Shown: one piece after another, positions 29,101 to 38,916 of the stretch | How the letters are laid out: the number at the start of each line of letters is the position of its first letter | Position numbering within the stretch: position 1 is the first letter of the stretch | DNA from: Polyangiales bacterium | Lineage (GTDB): Bacteria > Myxococcota_A > Polyangia > Polyangiales > Ga0077539 | NCBI GenBank assembly: GCA_044229975.1 | Contig: JBGARZ010000015.1 | Span: 64,001-128,000 of the forward strand | Length of the DNA stretch: 64,000 bases | Reading direction: 5' to 3' | Program-made: the position numbers and the translations under genes | The notes under the pieces: generated by a model | The model's database searches: none | Seen by the model: only the letters and a program-made list of their open reading frames with translations | Told to the model about the DNA's origin: nothing

Positions 29101-30537
29101 CTCGCGGTGCATCGCGAGGCGGCGGGCGCGACCCGTCCGGCGGCGCGCGCGTGGACCGAGGTGGCGCTCGCGGTGGCGGGCACCGGGGCGCGGGGCCAGC
29201 GCGACGCGGCGGTGGCCTTTCGCCGGGCGCTGACGCTGAGCGCGGGGGCGCGCGACGCCGAGGGGCTGCGGTTGCAGGCGACGGCGCACGAGGGCCTGGA
29301 AGAAGCCGCGCGCGGCGGCGGGCAGAACCGCGAGCGACGCCGCGAGCTTCTGGCGCTGCGGGAGGTCGCGGTGGCCTCGCAGGACGTCGGGGTGATCGCG
29401 CGGGCGCTGACGCGGCAGGCGCGCTTCAAGATCGAGGTGACGCCGGGCCTCGACACGGCGCGCGACGTGGTGGCGGCGGTGAAGGCGGCGCGGCGGGCGG
29501 GCGACGCGCGCACCGAGGCCGAGGCGCGCTGGGCGTGGGCGGTGCACCTCGCGCATCGCGGCGAGCTGGGGTCGGCCATCGAGCAGGCCGACGCGTCACT
29601 CGTCGCGCTGCGGCGCGAGGCGGAGGTTCCGCGCGCGCTGGAGGTGGAGGTGCTGGTGACGCGCTCCAACATGCGGCGCTGGGTGGGCGAGCACGGCGCG
29701 GCGTTGGAGGTGGGGGCCGAGGCGCTGGCGACGGCGACGCGCTACGGGCCGCGGTGGATGCTGGGCGTGGCCTACGACGCGGTGGGCATGGCGTGCATGG
29801 CGTCGGGGTCGCCCGCGGAGGCGATGCGGTTCTTCCGCGCGGGCATCGCGCTGGAGCGGGAGGCCGGGGCGCGCGATCGGCTGGCGCGCACGGTGCTGCA
29901 CGCGGGCAAGGCGTGGGGCGCGCTGGGGCGTTCGGCGAAGGCGTTGCAGTTCATCCAGCGGGCGGTGTCGCTCTCGGCGGCCGTGCGCCACGGCTTCGGC
30001 GGAACGCTCGCCGAATCCCTGGTGACCCTGGCCGAGCAGCTCGTGGAGCGTGGTGATGTGGACGACGCGGCGGCGGCCATCGAGCGGGCGCGCGCGGTGC
30101 TCGGGACGACGGGCGGGCGCTACGCGTACGTGCGGCTGTGTCTGGGCGATGGTCGCGTGCTGATGGCGCGTCGGCAGTACCGGATGGCGCGCGTGGCGAC
30201 GGAGAGCGCGGAGTCGGCGGCGCTGGAGGCGGGCATCCCGATGGAGGTGCTCCGCGCGCGGGCCGACATCGCGCTGGCGGCGGCGTACATGGGCGATCGT
30301 TCGGCGGCGCTCGCGTGGATCGACAAGGTCTTCGACGACCCGCGCATGGCGCGCCCCGGGGAGATGCACCGCGGGTCGCGCGTGCTGCGGGCGTGCGCCG
30401 AGGCGCTGCGGGTGCTGGGCGACGGGCGGGTGGGTGACCTGCGGAGCGCGGAGGCGCTAGCGACGCAGGCGGGGGCGTTGGAGCGGGCGGTGATGGCGAC
30501 GTGGCGCGTGACGCCGCGGGAGGGCGCGAAGACGTGA
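26131..30537 (+). CDS. Ser/Thr kinase fused to a degenerate cyclase-like domain, STAND-type ATPase and TPR region
   Basis: GGMAEV, HRDVSPAN, DFG, GKYGYMAPEQ; LLGRE; Walker A GELGIGKS; Walker B-like LLLDGLELAD; GGNPL; Ala-rich helical repeats. Confidence 0.9.
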   Translation: MSTSNPQRLGRYIVTRRLGVGGMAEVFLARSRGAEGVDKSLVVKRILPDYAENPHFRTMFVDEARVALRLNHPNLVQVYGFESDGPTLLLIMEHVDGPDLGLLLATAHRAGERVPYAVAAHVLRELARALHYAHERLDDQGRPLDIVHRDVSPANVLLSYEGAVKLGDFGIAHARSASFLETGLVQGKYGYMAPEQARGETVDRRADVFALGVVLLEMLIGRPWFADVPDAQTLLAQVREGVLPDVDLLVPDAPEALRSVVRRAMRPDREERFATAREVSLALNPFLNAVEQQAEAVALEPFLERVMPRRRTSQTLPALSSSPPPPMESIPTVGPGSLSPSGGVGRTMSALDPYASVTLPELMLMSDASAPVRPRGDAVAAVRERVNVAVIVGKLSRPAQSPETRALVSLVDALAFKAAATLEWTGDDRFTLLVGVLRPQVDDPLRAARLALDLLDAARTLAADLESVDEALVELAPTLGLGLARGLVACAFDPDGVPLRFEPVDDTLPIANGLASAARPGEALLGAALARFVRRAFVLREATARSTTGGRVWALERLRGRSERDASAEVQGYALLGREGPIGALRDAYAAVIFTEAGAARRVVGELGIGKSTVLGAFAEGLLGGDTATRVLRVEASLGTSRVPFALIAQLLQQVLVLQRDGNPLLPSDLADRAVLGRSLDRAVDRWGAGTLGRRAAVRALRAALGLDIHDESMESSITRELALVLRPMLSETAKDGPLVLLLDGLELADAPSRALAADLARRPPGSPVLVVLALRDDDALQAELGGVPEIDVGPLDVEARRRLIAHSLGADHASDALVQEVSAVVGGNPLAMLEVVEALSERDRVRARAQLDGTGEVIADLVTDERGEALLPGTLDEVLAARIDALPPPSRLLLRWCALCEAELHRPLVDALGGADGARVRARLVNDGILVESPGIAGEPVLTFAHAALRRLLRAAVDPTALPAMHARLAEVLERQEVATAATARHRTALAVHREAAGATRPAARAWTEVALAVAGTGARGQRDAAVAFRRALTLSAGARDAEGLRLQATAHEGLEEAARGGGQNRERRRELLALREVAVASQDVGVIARALTRQARFKIEVTPGLDTARDVVAAVKAARRAGDARTEAEARWAWAVHLAHRGELGSAIEQADASLVALRREAEVPRALEVEVLVTRSNMRRWVGEHGAALEVGAEALATATRYGPRWMLGVAYDAVGMACMASGSPAEAMRFFRAGIALEREAGARDRLARTVLHAGKAWGALGRSAKALQFIQRAVSLSAAVRHGFGGTLAESLVTLAEQLVERGDVDDAAAAIERARAVLGTTGGRYAYVRLCLGDGRVLMARRQYRMARVATESAESAALEAGIPMEVLRARADIALAAAYMGDRSAALAWIDKVFDDPRMARPGEMHRGSRVLRACAEALRVLGDGRVGDLRSAEALATQAGALERAVMATWRVTPREGAKT

Positions 30538-31745
30538 TGAGCGATCGACTGAGCAAGCCGGTGATCCCGCGGTCGGTGGCGCTGGTGCTCTCCGGGGGCG
30601 GGGCGCGCGGGGCCTACGAGGTGGGGGTGCTCTCGTACCTCTACGGCGAGCTGACGCGGCTGCGCGGGGGCGTGGTTCCGCGGGTCAACGTGATCTGCGG
30701 GACGAGCGTGGGGGCCATCAACGGGTGCTACCTCGCGGCGCACATGGCCGACCCGGTGGCGGGCATGAAGCGCCTCGTCGACCTGTGGACGTCCATCGCC
30801 TTCGAGCAGGTGCTGCGCTTCGACCTGAAGCAACTGGTGCGGCTGCCGCGGGTGCTGAGCGGCGGGAGCGAGGCCACCGGGCTCTTCGACGTGCAGCCGA
30901 TGATCGACCTCGTGACGCGCGAGATCTCCTGGAAGATGGTGGCGCGCTCGCTGAAGAAGGGTCTCTTGCGCGGGCTCTCGGTGAGCGCGACGGAGATCGC
31001 GACGGGGCGCACGACGCTGTTCATGGACACGGCGCCGGATGTTCCGTTGCCGGTGGGCCTCGGGGCGCGGGTGGTGGTGCAGCGCGAGACCGTCGGGCCG
31101 CAGCACGCGCTGGCGAGCGCGGCGATTCCGTTGGTGTTCCCGCCGGTGCGCATCGGGTCGACGCTCTACTGCGACGGTGGACTGCGACAGAACACCCCCA
31201 TCGCGCCCGCGATTCGTCTGGGGGCCGAGCGCATCCTGGTGATCGGGTTGTCGCGCGAGGTTCGCGGGGCGGTGGTCAACGAGTCGCCGACGGGTCGCAA
31301 CGACCACGCGCCGGGGGCGTTGTTCTTGTTGGGCAAGGTGCTCAACGCCTTCCTGCTCGACCACGTGCAGGCCGACGTCGAGCTGCTGGGGCGCATCAAC
31401 CAGATCCTCGATGACGGCGAGAGGGTGGCGGGGCCGGACTTCGCGGGGAAGCTCAGCGCGCAGGCGATGGCGCGCGGCGGAGAGCCGTACCGCAAGGTGG
31501 AGACGATGCTGGTGCGGCCGAGCCAGGACATCGGGCGGCTCGCGGCGCAGCACGTGCGGAAGGGCAAGCTGTCGGGGTCGATCGTGGCGCGGCAGCTCCT
31601 CACGCTGCTCGACAACGGGATGAACGACGAGAGCGACCTGGCGAGCTACCTGCTCTTCGATGGGGCCTTCGCGCGCAAGCTCATCGACCTCGGTCGGGCC
31701 GACGCCGAGGCGCAGCGCGACCGGCTGATGGCGTTTCTGGAGTAG
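30537..31745 (+). CDS. Patatin-like phospholipase
   Basis: SGGGARGAY, GTSVG nucleophile, ASAAIP, DGG. Confidence 0.93.
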   Translation: MSDRLSKPVIPRSVALVLSGGGARGAYEVGVLSYLYGELTRLRGGVVPRVNVICGTSVGAINGCYLAAHMADPVAGMKRLVDLWTSIAFEQVLRFDLKQLVRLPRVLSGGSEATGLFDVQPMIDLVTREISWKMVARSLKKGLLRGLSVSATEIATGRTTLFMDTAPDVPLPVGLGARVVVQRETVGPQHALASAAIPLVFPPVRIGSTLYCDGGLRQNTPIAPAIRLGAERILVIGLSREVRGAVVNESPTGRNDHAPGALFLLGKVLNAFLLDHVQADVELLGRINQILDDGERVAGPDFAGKLSAQAMARGGEPYRKVETMLVRPSQDIGRLAAQHVRKGKLSGSIVARQLLTLLDNGMNDESDLASYLLFDGAFARKLIDLGRADAEAQRDRLMAFLE

Positions 31746-31748
31746 CGC

Positions 31749-32435
31749 CTATCCGCAGCGCATGTTCCGCAGGACCCACGCCTCGGGGACTCCCGCGAAC
31801 TCGGGGAGTTCACGTCGCTGCGCCAACCACTTCGCGAGGAAGGTGCTCTTCACCGCGGGCGTCCAGGTGCTTGGGTGGTGCGCCTTCCGTAGGAGCGTCT
31901 GAAAAGTACGAAACTGAACGTCGCGAAGTATGGGCAGGTCGCCGCCGTTGAGATGGAGCGTCTCGAGGTCGGCCTTGAGGGTTGGGTTGTCGGTCTCGAG
32001 AAAGAGTCCCTCGGCACTCCCGCGACGCACCAACCGAAGCTGCCCGACCGACAAGGCGCTCGACGGATCGAGGCTCACGCTCACGTTCTCCTGTGCAAAG
32101 TCGCCGGTCGCGATTCTGGATGGCGACCGCTGACCGCCGTCGCAGGAGCCGAAGTGATTGGACCAGTCGAGGGCTTGCGACGGGGTCACGGCGATCGGGA
32201 CGCGGTGCGCGATCTTCATGACGAAGTCGGTTCCGTCGCGTCGCTTTGGATCGAGCCGGCGCATGCAAAATGCGCAGAGCCAACCCTGTTCGACGCAGAG
32301 GGAGTCCCGCATCGCTGCCTTGTCGAGTTGATCGAAGGCGGCGCGCGCCGTGGCGACCGTGGCCAGGTTCGTCGTTGAAGCGCACTGCACATCGGTGAGG
32401 GTCGCAGGTTGCTTGCCCTTCGAGACGCTCCTCAC
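31749..32435 (-). CDS. PtuB / TIGR02646-like HNH endonuclease (degenerate)
   Basis: EQGWLCAFCMRRL, ALDWSN..GSC, TLHLN; GTGA overlap with the ATPase; less GC-rich than flanks. Confidence 0.75.
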   Translation of the reverse strand: MRSVSKGKQPATLTDVQCASTTNLATVATARAAFDQLDKAAMRDSLCVEQGWLCAFCMRRLDPKRRDGTDFVMKIAHRVPIAVTPSQALDWSNHFGSCDGGQRSPSRIATGDFAQENVSVSLDPSSALSVGQLRLVRRGSAEGLFLETDNPTLKADLETLHLNGGDLPILRDVQFRTFQTLLRKAHHPSTWTPAVKSTFLAKWLAQRRELPEFAGVPEAWVLRNMRCG

Positions 32436-33673
32436 TTCGCCGCAGCCTCCCCTCCTTCGGGGGGGATCAGGTTCTCGTAGAAGAACACGTCCGGGTCGTC
32501 GCTCCCGATCAGCGCGTGGAGTTCGCGGACCTTCGCTCGGGCCTGCTCATGGTCGTCGTGGTCGACCGCGCTGCGGAGCGCGTTGAGCAACACGGCAACC
32601 TCCGGCGGACGCCCGGGGTCACCGAACACGGCCTCCAGGATACGGTTGGTGTCGCGGCGCCATGTCTCCCGTTGGAGGGGTCGCACCTCGAAGTGTTCGA
32701 GGACGCGCACATCGCTCCCGCTGACCGACGAGAGCACCTGCGGAGAGTGGGTGCTCACGACGAACTGAGCATTGGGGAACGTTGCCCGCAGTCGCGGCAG
32801 GACCTCACGTTGAAGTCCCGGGTGCAGGTGCAGCTCGATCTCGTCGATGAGCACGATGACCTCGGCGTGCAGGGGATCAGGTCGACCAGGGTTCGCGATG
32901 GCCAACCGCCTGGCGACGTCGGCGGATAGGGCGATGAGGTTGCGCTCGCCGTCAGAAAGCTGATCGAGGAAGAGCGGGCTTCCATCCTTGTCCACGACCA
33001 TGCGGAGGGCAGCGCGATCGACGCGAAGACCCGTGAAACCCGGGAGCAGCGCGGTTACGGCCGCGCGCACCGCGTCGAGTTGCGGGTCCACCCAGGCGAA
33101 CGAGGCGAGCCGTACCTTCTCGGCGTTCTCGAAGTCCTCCCGATCACGAAACCACCGGAAGAGGTCGTGGAAGGTGGCGTTGCTTCCCGCAAGGGCCCCG
33201 TCGATCGCATCAAAGGTCGTGGTCGCGTCGGGCGCTCCGTCCTTCCAGCGGGCGCTCAAATCGAGCGAGGCGTTTCGACCACTCTGGAAGTAGATGCCCA
33301 GGCACCGGGCAGGGCGAGCGGTGGCGTCACTGATCGATGGCAGCGCCCTGGCGGTGTCGCGAAGAATGGCCAGCGCGTCCATTCTTTCGGCGGTCGATGT
33401 GACAGTCGATGAAGTTGTTCCGAATAGCAAACCCGCCTCAATAGAGGCGGAGGGCGCGCCTCGTCGGATGTCCATCGGTCGCATGGCAGGAAGGACCATC
33501 GTTCGATTGAGCATCTCAATCGCGACCCTGCCGAGAAGTACGGCGATGGCGTCGAGCACCGAACTCTTGCCAGCCCCATTGACGCCAACCAACACCGTCA
33601 CCCCGGGCGAGAACTCAAGGTGGGCGTGAGCAAAGCCACGATAGTCAGTGCATGTGAGGTAACGGAGCTTCAT
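32432..33673 (-). CDS. PtuA-like ABC-type ATPase (AAA_15/AAA_21 type)
   Basis: Walker A GVNGAGKS; LDQLSDGE signature; Walker B LIDEIELHLHP; STHSP H-loop. Confidence 0.88.
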   Translation of the reverse strand: MKLRYLTCTDYRGFAHAHLEFSPGVTVLVGVNGAGKSSVLDAIAVLLGRVAIEMLNRTMVLPAMRPMDIRRGAPSASIEAGLLFGTTSSTVTSTAERMDALAILRDTARALPSISDATARPARCLGIYFQSGRNASLDLSARWKDGAPDATTTFDAIDGALAGSNATFHDLFRWFRDREDFENAEKVRLASFAWVDPQLDAVRAAVTALLPGFTGLRVDRAALRMVVDKDGSPLFLDQLSDGERNLIALSADVARRLAIANPGRPDPLHAEVIVLIDEIELHLHPGLQREVLPRLRATFPNAQFVVSTHSPQVLSSVSGSDVRVLEHFEVRPLQRETWRRDTNRILEAVFGDPGRPPEVAVLLNALRSAVDHDDHEQARAKVRELHALIGSDDPDVFFYENLIPPEGGEAAAK

Positions 33674-33845
33674 CGGACCACCGTCTCGGCGACGCTACAC
33701 CACGGCCCCGACCGGAGTCCCGAGGCATCGCCCGCGCCCCGTCACCGTGACCCCACCGCACACCGTGACGCCCGCGCCCGCCTTCACCACTGCCACTCCT
33801 GCTCCGCTCGTGTGGCACGCCGCTCGTAAGCGATGCCGTCCCACC

Positions 33846-35174
33846 ATGAGCTCCCCCACGCGCGCGCTGCTCTTCACCGCCGTCGCCCTCGGAACCCTCT
33901 CCCACACCCTCCCCGCCCACGCCGACGACGGCTTCGGCTACCTCACCGCGGGCCTCGTCTTCTCCATCCCCCTCGGCGGCTCGACCGACCAGTTCGGCCT
34001 CGGCGTCGAGGCCTCGTACACGGCCTACTCCCCCAGCAGCGAGGTCCCCATCGGCGCCGGCGGGTTCGCGCAGGCGCAGCTCCTCTTCGGCGGCGGCTGG
34101 CGCGTCGACCTGGGCGTTCAGGGCGTCGCCGTGTTCACCGGCGCCGAGCTCGGTCTCGCCATCGTCGCCCCGCATTGGCGCTCACCGCAGCTCGGCGTCC
34201 ACGTCGCGCCCTTCCTCTCGGCGTCCTACGGCGCGGCGGCCTTCCGCTGGACCCCGATGCTCACCGGCCCCACCGCCGGAACCTCCGGCTACGAGCTCAC
34301 CCTCGCCCCGAAGCTCTGGTGGGAGGTGTCCAATGGTCGCGTACGCCAGCTCTACGATCAGGGCTGCCACTTCGGCTGCGTCGTCGGCCGCCCCCTGCTC
34401 GTCGACGGCCGCATCGTCGTCGCCCCCACCGACCGCGACCCCGCCTGGAGCGGCGCCCCCGACGCCCTCACCGACGACGCCCTCTCTCCCTCCCAGCGCT
34501 CCGCCCTCGCCGAGCACTGGACCCGCTCCATGCGCGAGGAGCACGCCTCCGTCGCGGCCTTCGCGCGCCTGTCGCTCCAGCTCATGAGCCTCGGGGCGCC
34601 GCCCGAGCTCCTGCGCCGCGTTCATCAAGCCGCCGTCGACGAGGTCGACCACGCCCGTCGATGCGCCGCCCTCGCGTCGCGCTTCGCCGGTGAGCCCCGG
34701 TCACCGGGCGCTCTTCCCGCGGCGTGCGCGCCCATCGCGGTCGTCGACCACGCGACGCTCGCCGTCGACACGCTGCGCGAGGGTTGCGTGGGCGAGGCGG
34801 TGTTTGCGGGCGCTGCGGCGCGGGCGCGCGATCGTGCGACGGACCCGGCGGTGCGTGAGGCGCTGACGGTGATCGCACGCGACGAGGCCGAGCACGCGGC
34901 CCTCGCGTGGGACGTCGTCGCGTGGTGCATCGAGGCGGGCGGTGATCGGGTGAGCGAGGCGCTGCGCGTCGCGGCGGGAGAACTGCCGACGGGCGAGCGA
35001 CAACACGGCGTCGCCATCGACGGCGCGCTCTTGGGTCGCGGCTGGGTCTCGGAGGATGCCCTCGCATCGAGCTGGACCCACCGTCGTCGCGAGGCGCTGC
35101 GGAAGGTCGGTGCGAGGCGGACGAGAGGCGTCGGTCAGATCCGCAGGGCGGCGTGGAGCCCGACGGTCACTTGA
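33846..35174 (+). CDS. Ferritin-like domain protein with secreted beta-rich N-terminal region
   Basis: GRPLLVDG; EHASVAAFARL; DEVDHA; EGCVGE; DEAEHAALAW. Confidence 0.8.
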   Translation: MSSPTRALLFTAVALGTLSHTLPAHADDGFGYLTAGLVFSIPLGGSTDQFGLGVEASYTAYSPSSEVPIGAGGFAQAQLLFGGGWRVDLGVQGVAVFTGAELGLAIVAPHWRSPQLGVHVAPFLSASYGAAAFRWTPMLTGPTAGTSGYELTLAPKLWWEVSNGRVRQLYDQGCHFGCVVGRPLLVDGRIVVAPTDRDPAWSGAPDALTDDALSPSQRSALAEHWTRSMREEHASVAAFARLSLQLMSLGAPPELLRRVHQAAVDEVDHARRCAALASRFAGEPRSPGALPAACAPIAVVDHATLAVDTLREGCVGEAVFAGAAARARDRATDPAVREALTVIARDEAEHAALAWDVVAWCIEAGGDRVSEALRVAAGELPTGERQHGVAIDGALLGRGWVSEDALASSWTHRRREALRKVGARRTRGVGQIRRAAWSPTVT

Positions 35175-35776
35175 AGACCGACGCTGTCGCCCGTTCGCAT
35201 GAACGTGACGTTGCTCGGGTCGGCGTCGCGGTTGAGGTTGAGGAAATTGACGTCGACGTGCGCGCCCAACGTGAACGAACTCACCAACACCAGGTCGAGC
35301 CCGCCGCCGAGGGAGCCGTACCACCCGGAGACGCTCGGGCAGGTCGCGCTCGATGAGCCCGTGGCGCCGCACGCGAGGTAGCTCGGGTCGGGGTTGAGGT
35401 CGCCGAGCCACGCGAAGCCCGCGCCCACCCGCGCGAAGGGCTGGAGCAGGGGAATGGGCACGCGCACCTCGACGAAGACCCCCGCGCCGCCGAGGTTGTA
35501 GGGCTGGTAGGTGGAGTAATCGAAGCGCCCGCCAAAGCTCACCGGGCCGAAGCGCATGCCCGCCTGCAAGCCGTAGTGCGGGCCCCAACCACCGGTGCTC
35601 GACGCCGAGGGGAAGAGCCCGTCGGTGTTGATCGCCACCACGTTGGCGTACGAGGCGCCCACCTCGGCCTGGAGCACGAACCAGTCGTGGTTGAGCAGGC
35701 TCTGCGCCTGGACCTCGGTGCCACCCAGCGCGACGCCGAGCGCGAGCGCCGCACCCGCGAGGAGGGAGCGCGTCAC
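35135..35776 (-). CDS. Outer-membrane beta-barrel protein
   Basis: Signal peptide ending VQA-Q; alternating Gly/aromatic strands (QPFARVGAGFAW, GGGLDL). Confidence 0.7.
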   Translation of the reverse strand: MTRSLLAGAALALGVALGGTEVQAQSLLNHDWFVLQAEVGASYANVVAINTDGLFPSASSTGGWGPHYGLQAGMRFGPVSFGGRFDYSTYQPYNLGGAGVFVEVRVPIPLLQPFARVGAGFAWLGDLNPDPSYLACGATGSSSATCPSVSGWYGSLGGGLDLVLVSSFTLGAHVDVNFLNLNRDADPSNVTFMRTGDSVGLQVTVGLHAALRI

Positions 35777-35985
35777 GAGAGCCTCTGCGCGGCGAGGGCG
35801 TGCTGGGCGGCGAGGGCGATCTCCTCGTCGCTCGGCACCTCGTCGCGAACTGGTATGGCGTACGAACCATCGAGCCAGCGACCCAGGTCGACGTCGCGAC
35901 AACGGGCCGAACAGAAGGGGGCCGCGGGGTTGGTGGGACGCCCCGCGCGCACGGCCGAACGACAGATCGGACAGCGGTTTTCCAT
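35773..35985 (-). CDS. yacG: DNA gyrase inhibitor YacG
   Basis: CPIC...PFCSARCRDVDLGRWLDGSYAIP. Confidence 0.92.
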   Translation of the reverse strand: MENRCPICRSAVRAGRPTNPAAPFCSARCRDVDLGRWLDGSYAIPVRDEVPSDEEIALAAQHALAAQRLS

Positions 35986-36022
35986 GCGGCCGATGATACC
36001 ATCACGGGCCTCTGGAGGCCCC

Positions 36023-36355
36023 ATGGCAACGCCCCGTTCGAGCGAAGTTCGCGACCCGAAATCCACCGAGACGCTGCACCTGCATCGGGGGTCGTGGGTG
36101 CCGGTGTTCCTGGCGCGGGCGGCCCTCGGGCTGACCTCCGTGGTGGTCGTCGCGGCGACCCCCGACGGCGCCGGGAGCGTCGCGCTGCTCTCCTCCGCCG
36201 AGGCCAGCGCGCTCTTGAAATCCCGGGGTGACACCAAGGGGTCGGCGCGCGTCGTCGGCACCCCGACGCCGGGCTCCGCGTGGGCCATCGCGCTGGGTGA
36301 CAGTGGACAGTCGGTGTGGGCCGTCGCGATGACGCCGTTCTTCGCTGAGGGATAG
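36023..36355 (+). CDS. Small hypothetical protein
   Basis: ATG after GGAGG; fills the gap before the next gene; no recognisable motif. Confidence 0.35.
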   Translation: MATPRSSEVRDPKSTETLHLHRGSWVPVFLARAALGLTSVVVVAATPDGAGSVALLSSAEASALLKSRGDTKGSARVVGTPTPGSAWAIALGDSGQSVWAVAMTPFFAEG

Positions 36356-36363
36356 AGACGACC

Positions 36364-37674
36364 GTGAGCTGCGCCCACGCGTACGTGCCCGCCGAAGGGG
36401 GCGAAGGTCTCTTCACCGTGAGCGCCGCCGACGTGACCTTCGGGCGCGGCGCGCTCCACGAAGTGGGTGCGCTCGTCGCCGCCGAGGGCGCGCGTCGGGT
36501 GGCGCTCTTCACCGACCCGGTGGTCGCTACGCTCGAACCCGTCGACCGCGCGCGCCGCTCGCTCGTCGCCGCGGGCCTCGACGTCGCCGTCTACGAGGGC
36601 GTTCGGGTCGAGCCCACCGATGCGTCCTTCCTCGACGCGGCGCGCTTCGCGAGCGAGGGCCGCTTCGACGCGTACGTCTCGGTCGGCGGCGGATCGGTCA
36701 TCGACACCTGCAAGGCCGCCGCGCTGTACGCGACGCACCCCGCGAGCTTCCTCACGTACGTCAACGCGCCCGTCGGCGAGGGGCGTCCCGTCCCTGGTCC
36801 GCTGCCGCCGCACATCGCCTGCCCCACCACCAGCGGAACGGGCAGCGAGCTCACCGGCATCGCCGTGTGCGACGTTCTCGCGCTGCACGCCAAGACCGGC
36901 ATCGCCTCGCGCCTGCTGCGCCCCACGCGCGCCGTGGTCGATCCCGACGCCACCCGCACGCTGCCCGGGACGGTGGTCGCGGCCAGCGGGTTCGACGTGC
37001 TCTGCCACGCCATCGAGTCGCTCACCGCGCGTCCCTTCACGGCGCGCTCACGGCCCGAGCGACCATCGCTGCGACCGATGAGTCAGGGCGCCAACCCGTG
37101 GAGCGATCTCGGCAGCGCCGAGGCCCTGCGGCTGGGCGGGCGGTACCTCGTGAGGGCGGTGCGCGACGCGAGCGACGACGAGGCGCGCGAGCAGATGATG
37201 TGGGCCGCGACGCTCGCGGGAGTGGCCTTTGGCAACGCGGGCGTTCATCTGCCGCACGCGATGGCGTACGCGATCGCGGGATTGGTGCGCGGGTTTCGGC
37301 TGGCCGGATATCCCGATGGGGAGGCGATGGTTCCGCACGGGCTCTCGGTGGTCATCGGGGCGCCCGCGGCGTTTCGCTTCACGGCGCCGTCGTCGCCCGA
37401 GCGTCACCTCGAAGCGGCGGCGCTGCTCGGGGCCGACGTGCGCGGCGCGCGCGTGATGGACGCGGGAGAGATTCTCGCGCGCACGCTGGCGGGGCTGATG
37501 GTCGACGCGGGTCTGCCGGTGGGGCTCGGCGCGCTCGGCTATGGGGCGAGTGATGTCGAGGCGCTCGTCGCGGGGACGGCGGTGCAGAAGCGTCTGCTCG
37601 ACAACGCGCCGCGGGCCATCGATCGCGACGACCTGGCGGCGGTGTTTCGCGCGGCGCTGGAGCCCGCGCGATGA
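36364..37674 (+). CDS. Hydroxyacid-oxoacid transhydrogenase (iron-containing alcohol dehydrogenase family)
   Basis: [52 protein letters not shown]. Confidence 0.9.
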   Translation: MSCAHAYVPAEGGEGLFTVSAADVTFGRGALHEVGALVAAEGARRVALFTDPVVATLEPVDRARRSLVAAGLDVAVYEGVRVEPTDASFLDAARFASEGRFDAYVSVGGGSVIDTCKAAALYATHPASFLTYVNAPVGEGRPVPGPLPPHIACPTTSGTGSELTGIAVCDVLALHAKTGIASRLLRPTRAVVDPDATRTLPGTVVAASGFDVLCHAIESLTARPFTARSRPERPSLRPMSQGANPWSDLGSAEALRLGGRYLVRAVRDASDDEAREQMMWAATLAGVAFGNAGVHLPHAMAYAIAGLVRGFRLAGYPDGEAMVPHGLSVVIGAPAAFRFTAPSSPERHLEAAALLGADVRGARVMDAGEILARTLAGLMVDAGLPVGLGALGYGASDVEALVAGTAVQKRLLDNAPRAIDRDDLAAVFRAALEPAR

Positions 37675-38102
37675 GCGAGGCGGTCGAGCGTCGCGGGGAC
37701 TACGCGCACCGGTTGCCCATCCAGACGCGGTGGAGTGACAACGACGTCTACGGGCACGTCAACAACGTCGTCTACTACGCGTACTTCGACACGGTCATCA
37801 ACGAGGTGCTCATCGCGCGCGGCGGCTTGGATCCGCAGGCGGGAGAGGTCATCGGGCTGTGCGTGGCGTCGGGCTGCCGGTACCTCGCACCGGCGGCGTA
37901 CCCCGACGCGCTGGAGGCGGGGCTGCGGGTGACGAAGCTCGGGCGGTCGAGCGTGCGCTACGAGGTGGCGATCTTCCGCGAAGGGCGCGACGAGCCGTGC
38001 GCGGTGGGGTTCTTCGTGCATGTGTTCGTCGACCGGGCGACGCGACGACCGACGCCACTGCCTGATGGGTTGCGGGCGGCGCTGGAAGGGTTGGTTAGGT
38101 AG
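37671..38102 (+). CDS. Acyl-CoA thioesterase (4HBT hot-dog fold)
   Basis: [30 protein letters not shown]. Confidence 0.93.
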   Translation: MSEAVERRGDYAHRLPIQTRWSDNDVYGHVNNVVYYAYFDTVINEVLIARGGLDPQAGEVIGLCVASGCRYLAPAAYPDALEAGLRVTKLGRSSVRYEVAIFREGRDEPCAVGFFVHVFVDRATRRPTPLPDGLRAALEGLVR

Positions 38103-38145
38103 TCCGGCGGCGTGGACGAGCGCGTCCCTTCGGGTCAGGGCGAGG

Positions 38146-38916
38146 TTACCGTAGGCGCTGCGCGAACATCGCCGCCGCGAGCCCCAGGCCCACCGCCATC
38201 ACCGTCCATCGCACCGCTCGCTGACCCACGCGGCGCGCCAGACCGGCGCCTGCGACGCCGCCCACCACCGCGCCCACGGCCGTCACCAGCGCGACGCTCC
38301 AGATCACCCGCCCGCCCAGCACGAAGGTCACCGTCGCGACGCCGTTGATGCACACCGCGGCGAGGTTCTTCAGGCCGTTGGCGCGGTGGATGTCGCGCAC
38401 GCCCATGAGCCCCAGCGCCGCCAGGATGAGGATGCCCATGCCGGCGCCGAAGAACCCGCCGTACGTCGCCACGAAGAGCTGAAACACCACCAGCCCCGCC
38501 CACGACGCCGGGCTCCGTCCCCCTTCGTCGACGAGGCGCATCCGCCGCGCGATGGGCCCCTGCAACGCGAACAACGCCGTCGCCGCCAGCAGCAGCCACG
38601 GAACCAACGCCTTGAAGCGCGCGTCACCCGTCCGCAGCGCCAGCCACGCGCCGAGCACGCCGCCCGCCACGCTCGGCAGCGCCATCGCGAGCAGCAGCGA
38701 GCGCGACCCCGCGAGCACGTCGCGGTAGCCCCAGAACGCCCCAGCCGACCCGGGGATGAGCGCGACGGCGTTGGTGGCGTTGGCCGTGAGCGGCGCCATC
38801 CCGAAGGCCAGCATCGTCGGGAAGGTCACCATGCTCCCGCCGCCCGCGACGGAGTTGATGGCGCCCGCGACGAAGCCCCCCACGAGGTACGAGGCCCAGG
38901 GGAGCCACTGGCTCAC
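38146..38916 (-). CDS. TauE/SafE (TSUP) family membrane transporter
   Basis: [32 protein letters not shown]. Confidence 0.92.
   Translation of the reverse strand: MSQWLPWASYLVGGFVAGAINSVAGGGSMVTFPTMLAFGMAPLTANATNAVALIPGSAGAFWGYRDVLAGSRSLLLAMALPSVAGGVLGAWLALRTGDARFKALVPWLLLAATALFALQGPIARRMRLVDEGGRSPASWAGLVVFQLFVATYGGFFGAGMGILILAALGLMGVRDIHRANGLKNLAAVCINGVATVTFVLGGRVIWSVALVTAVGAVVGGVAGAGLARRVGQRAVRWTVMAVGLGLAAAMFAQRLR

Noticed and set aside
33674..33845. Retron msr-msd RNA upstream of the ATPase
   Set aside because: No convincing flanking inverted repeats and no reverse transcriptase in the window.
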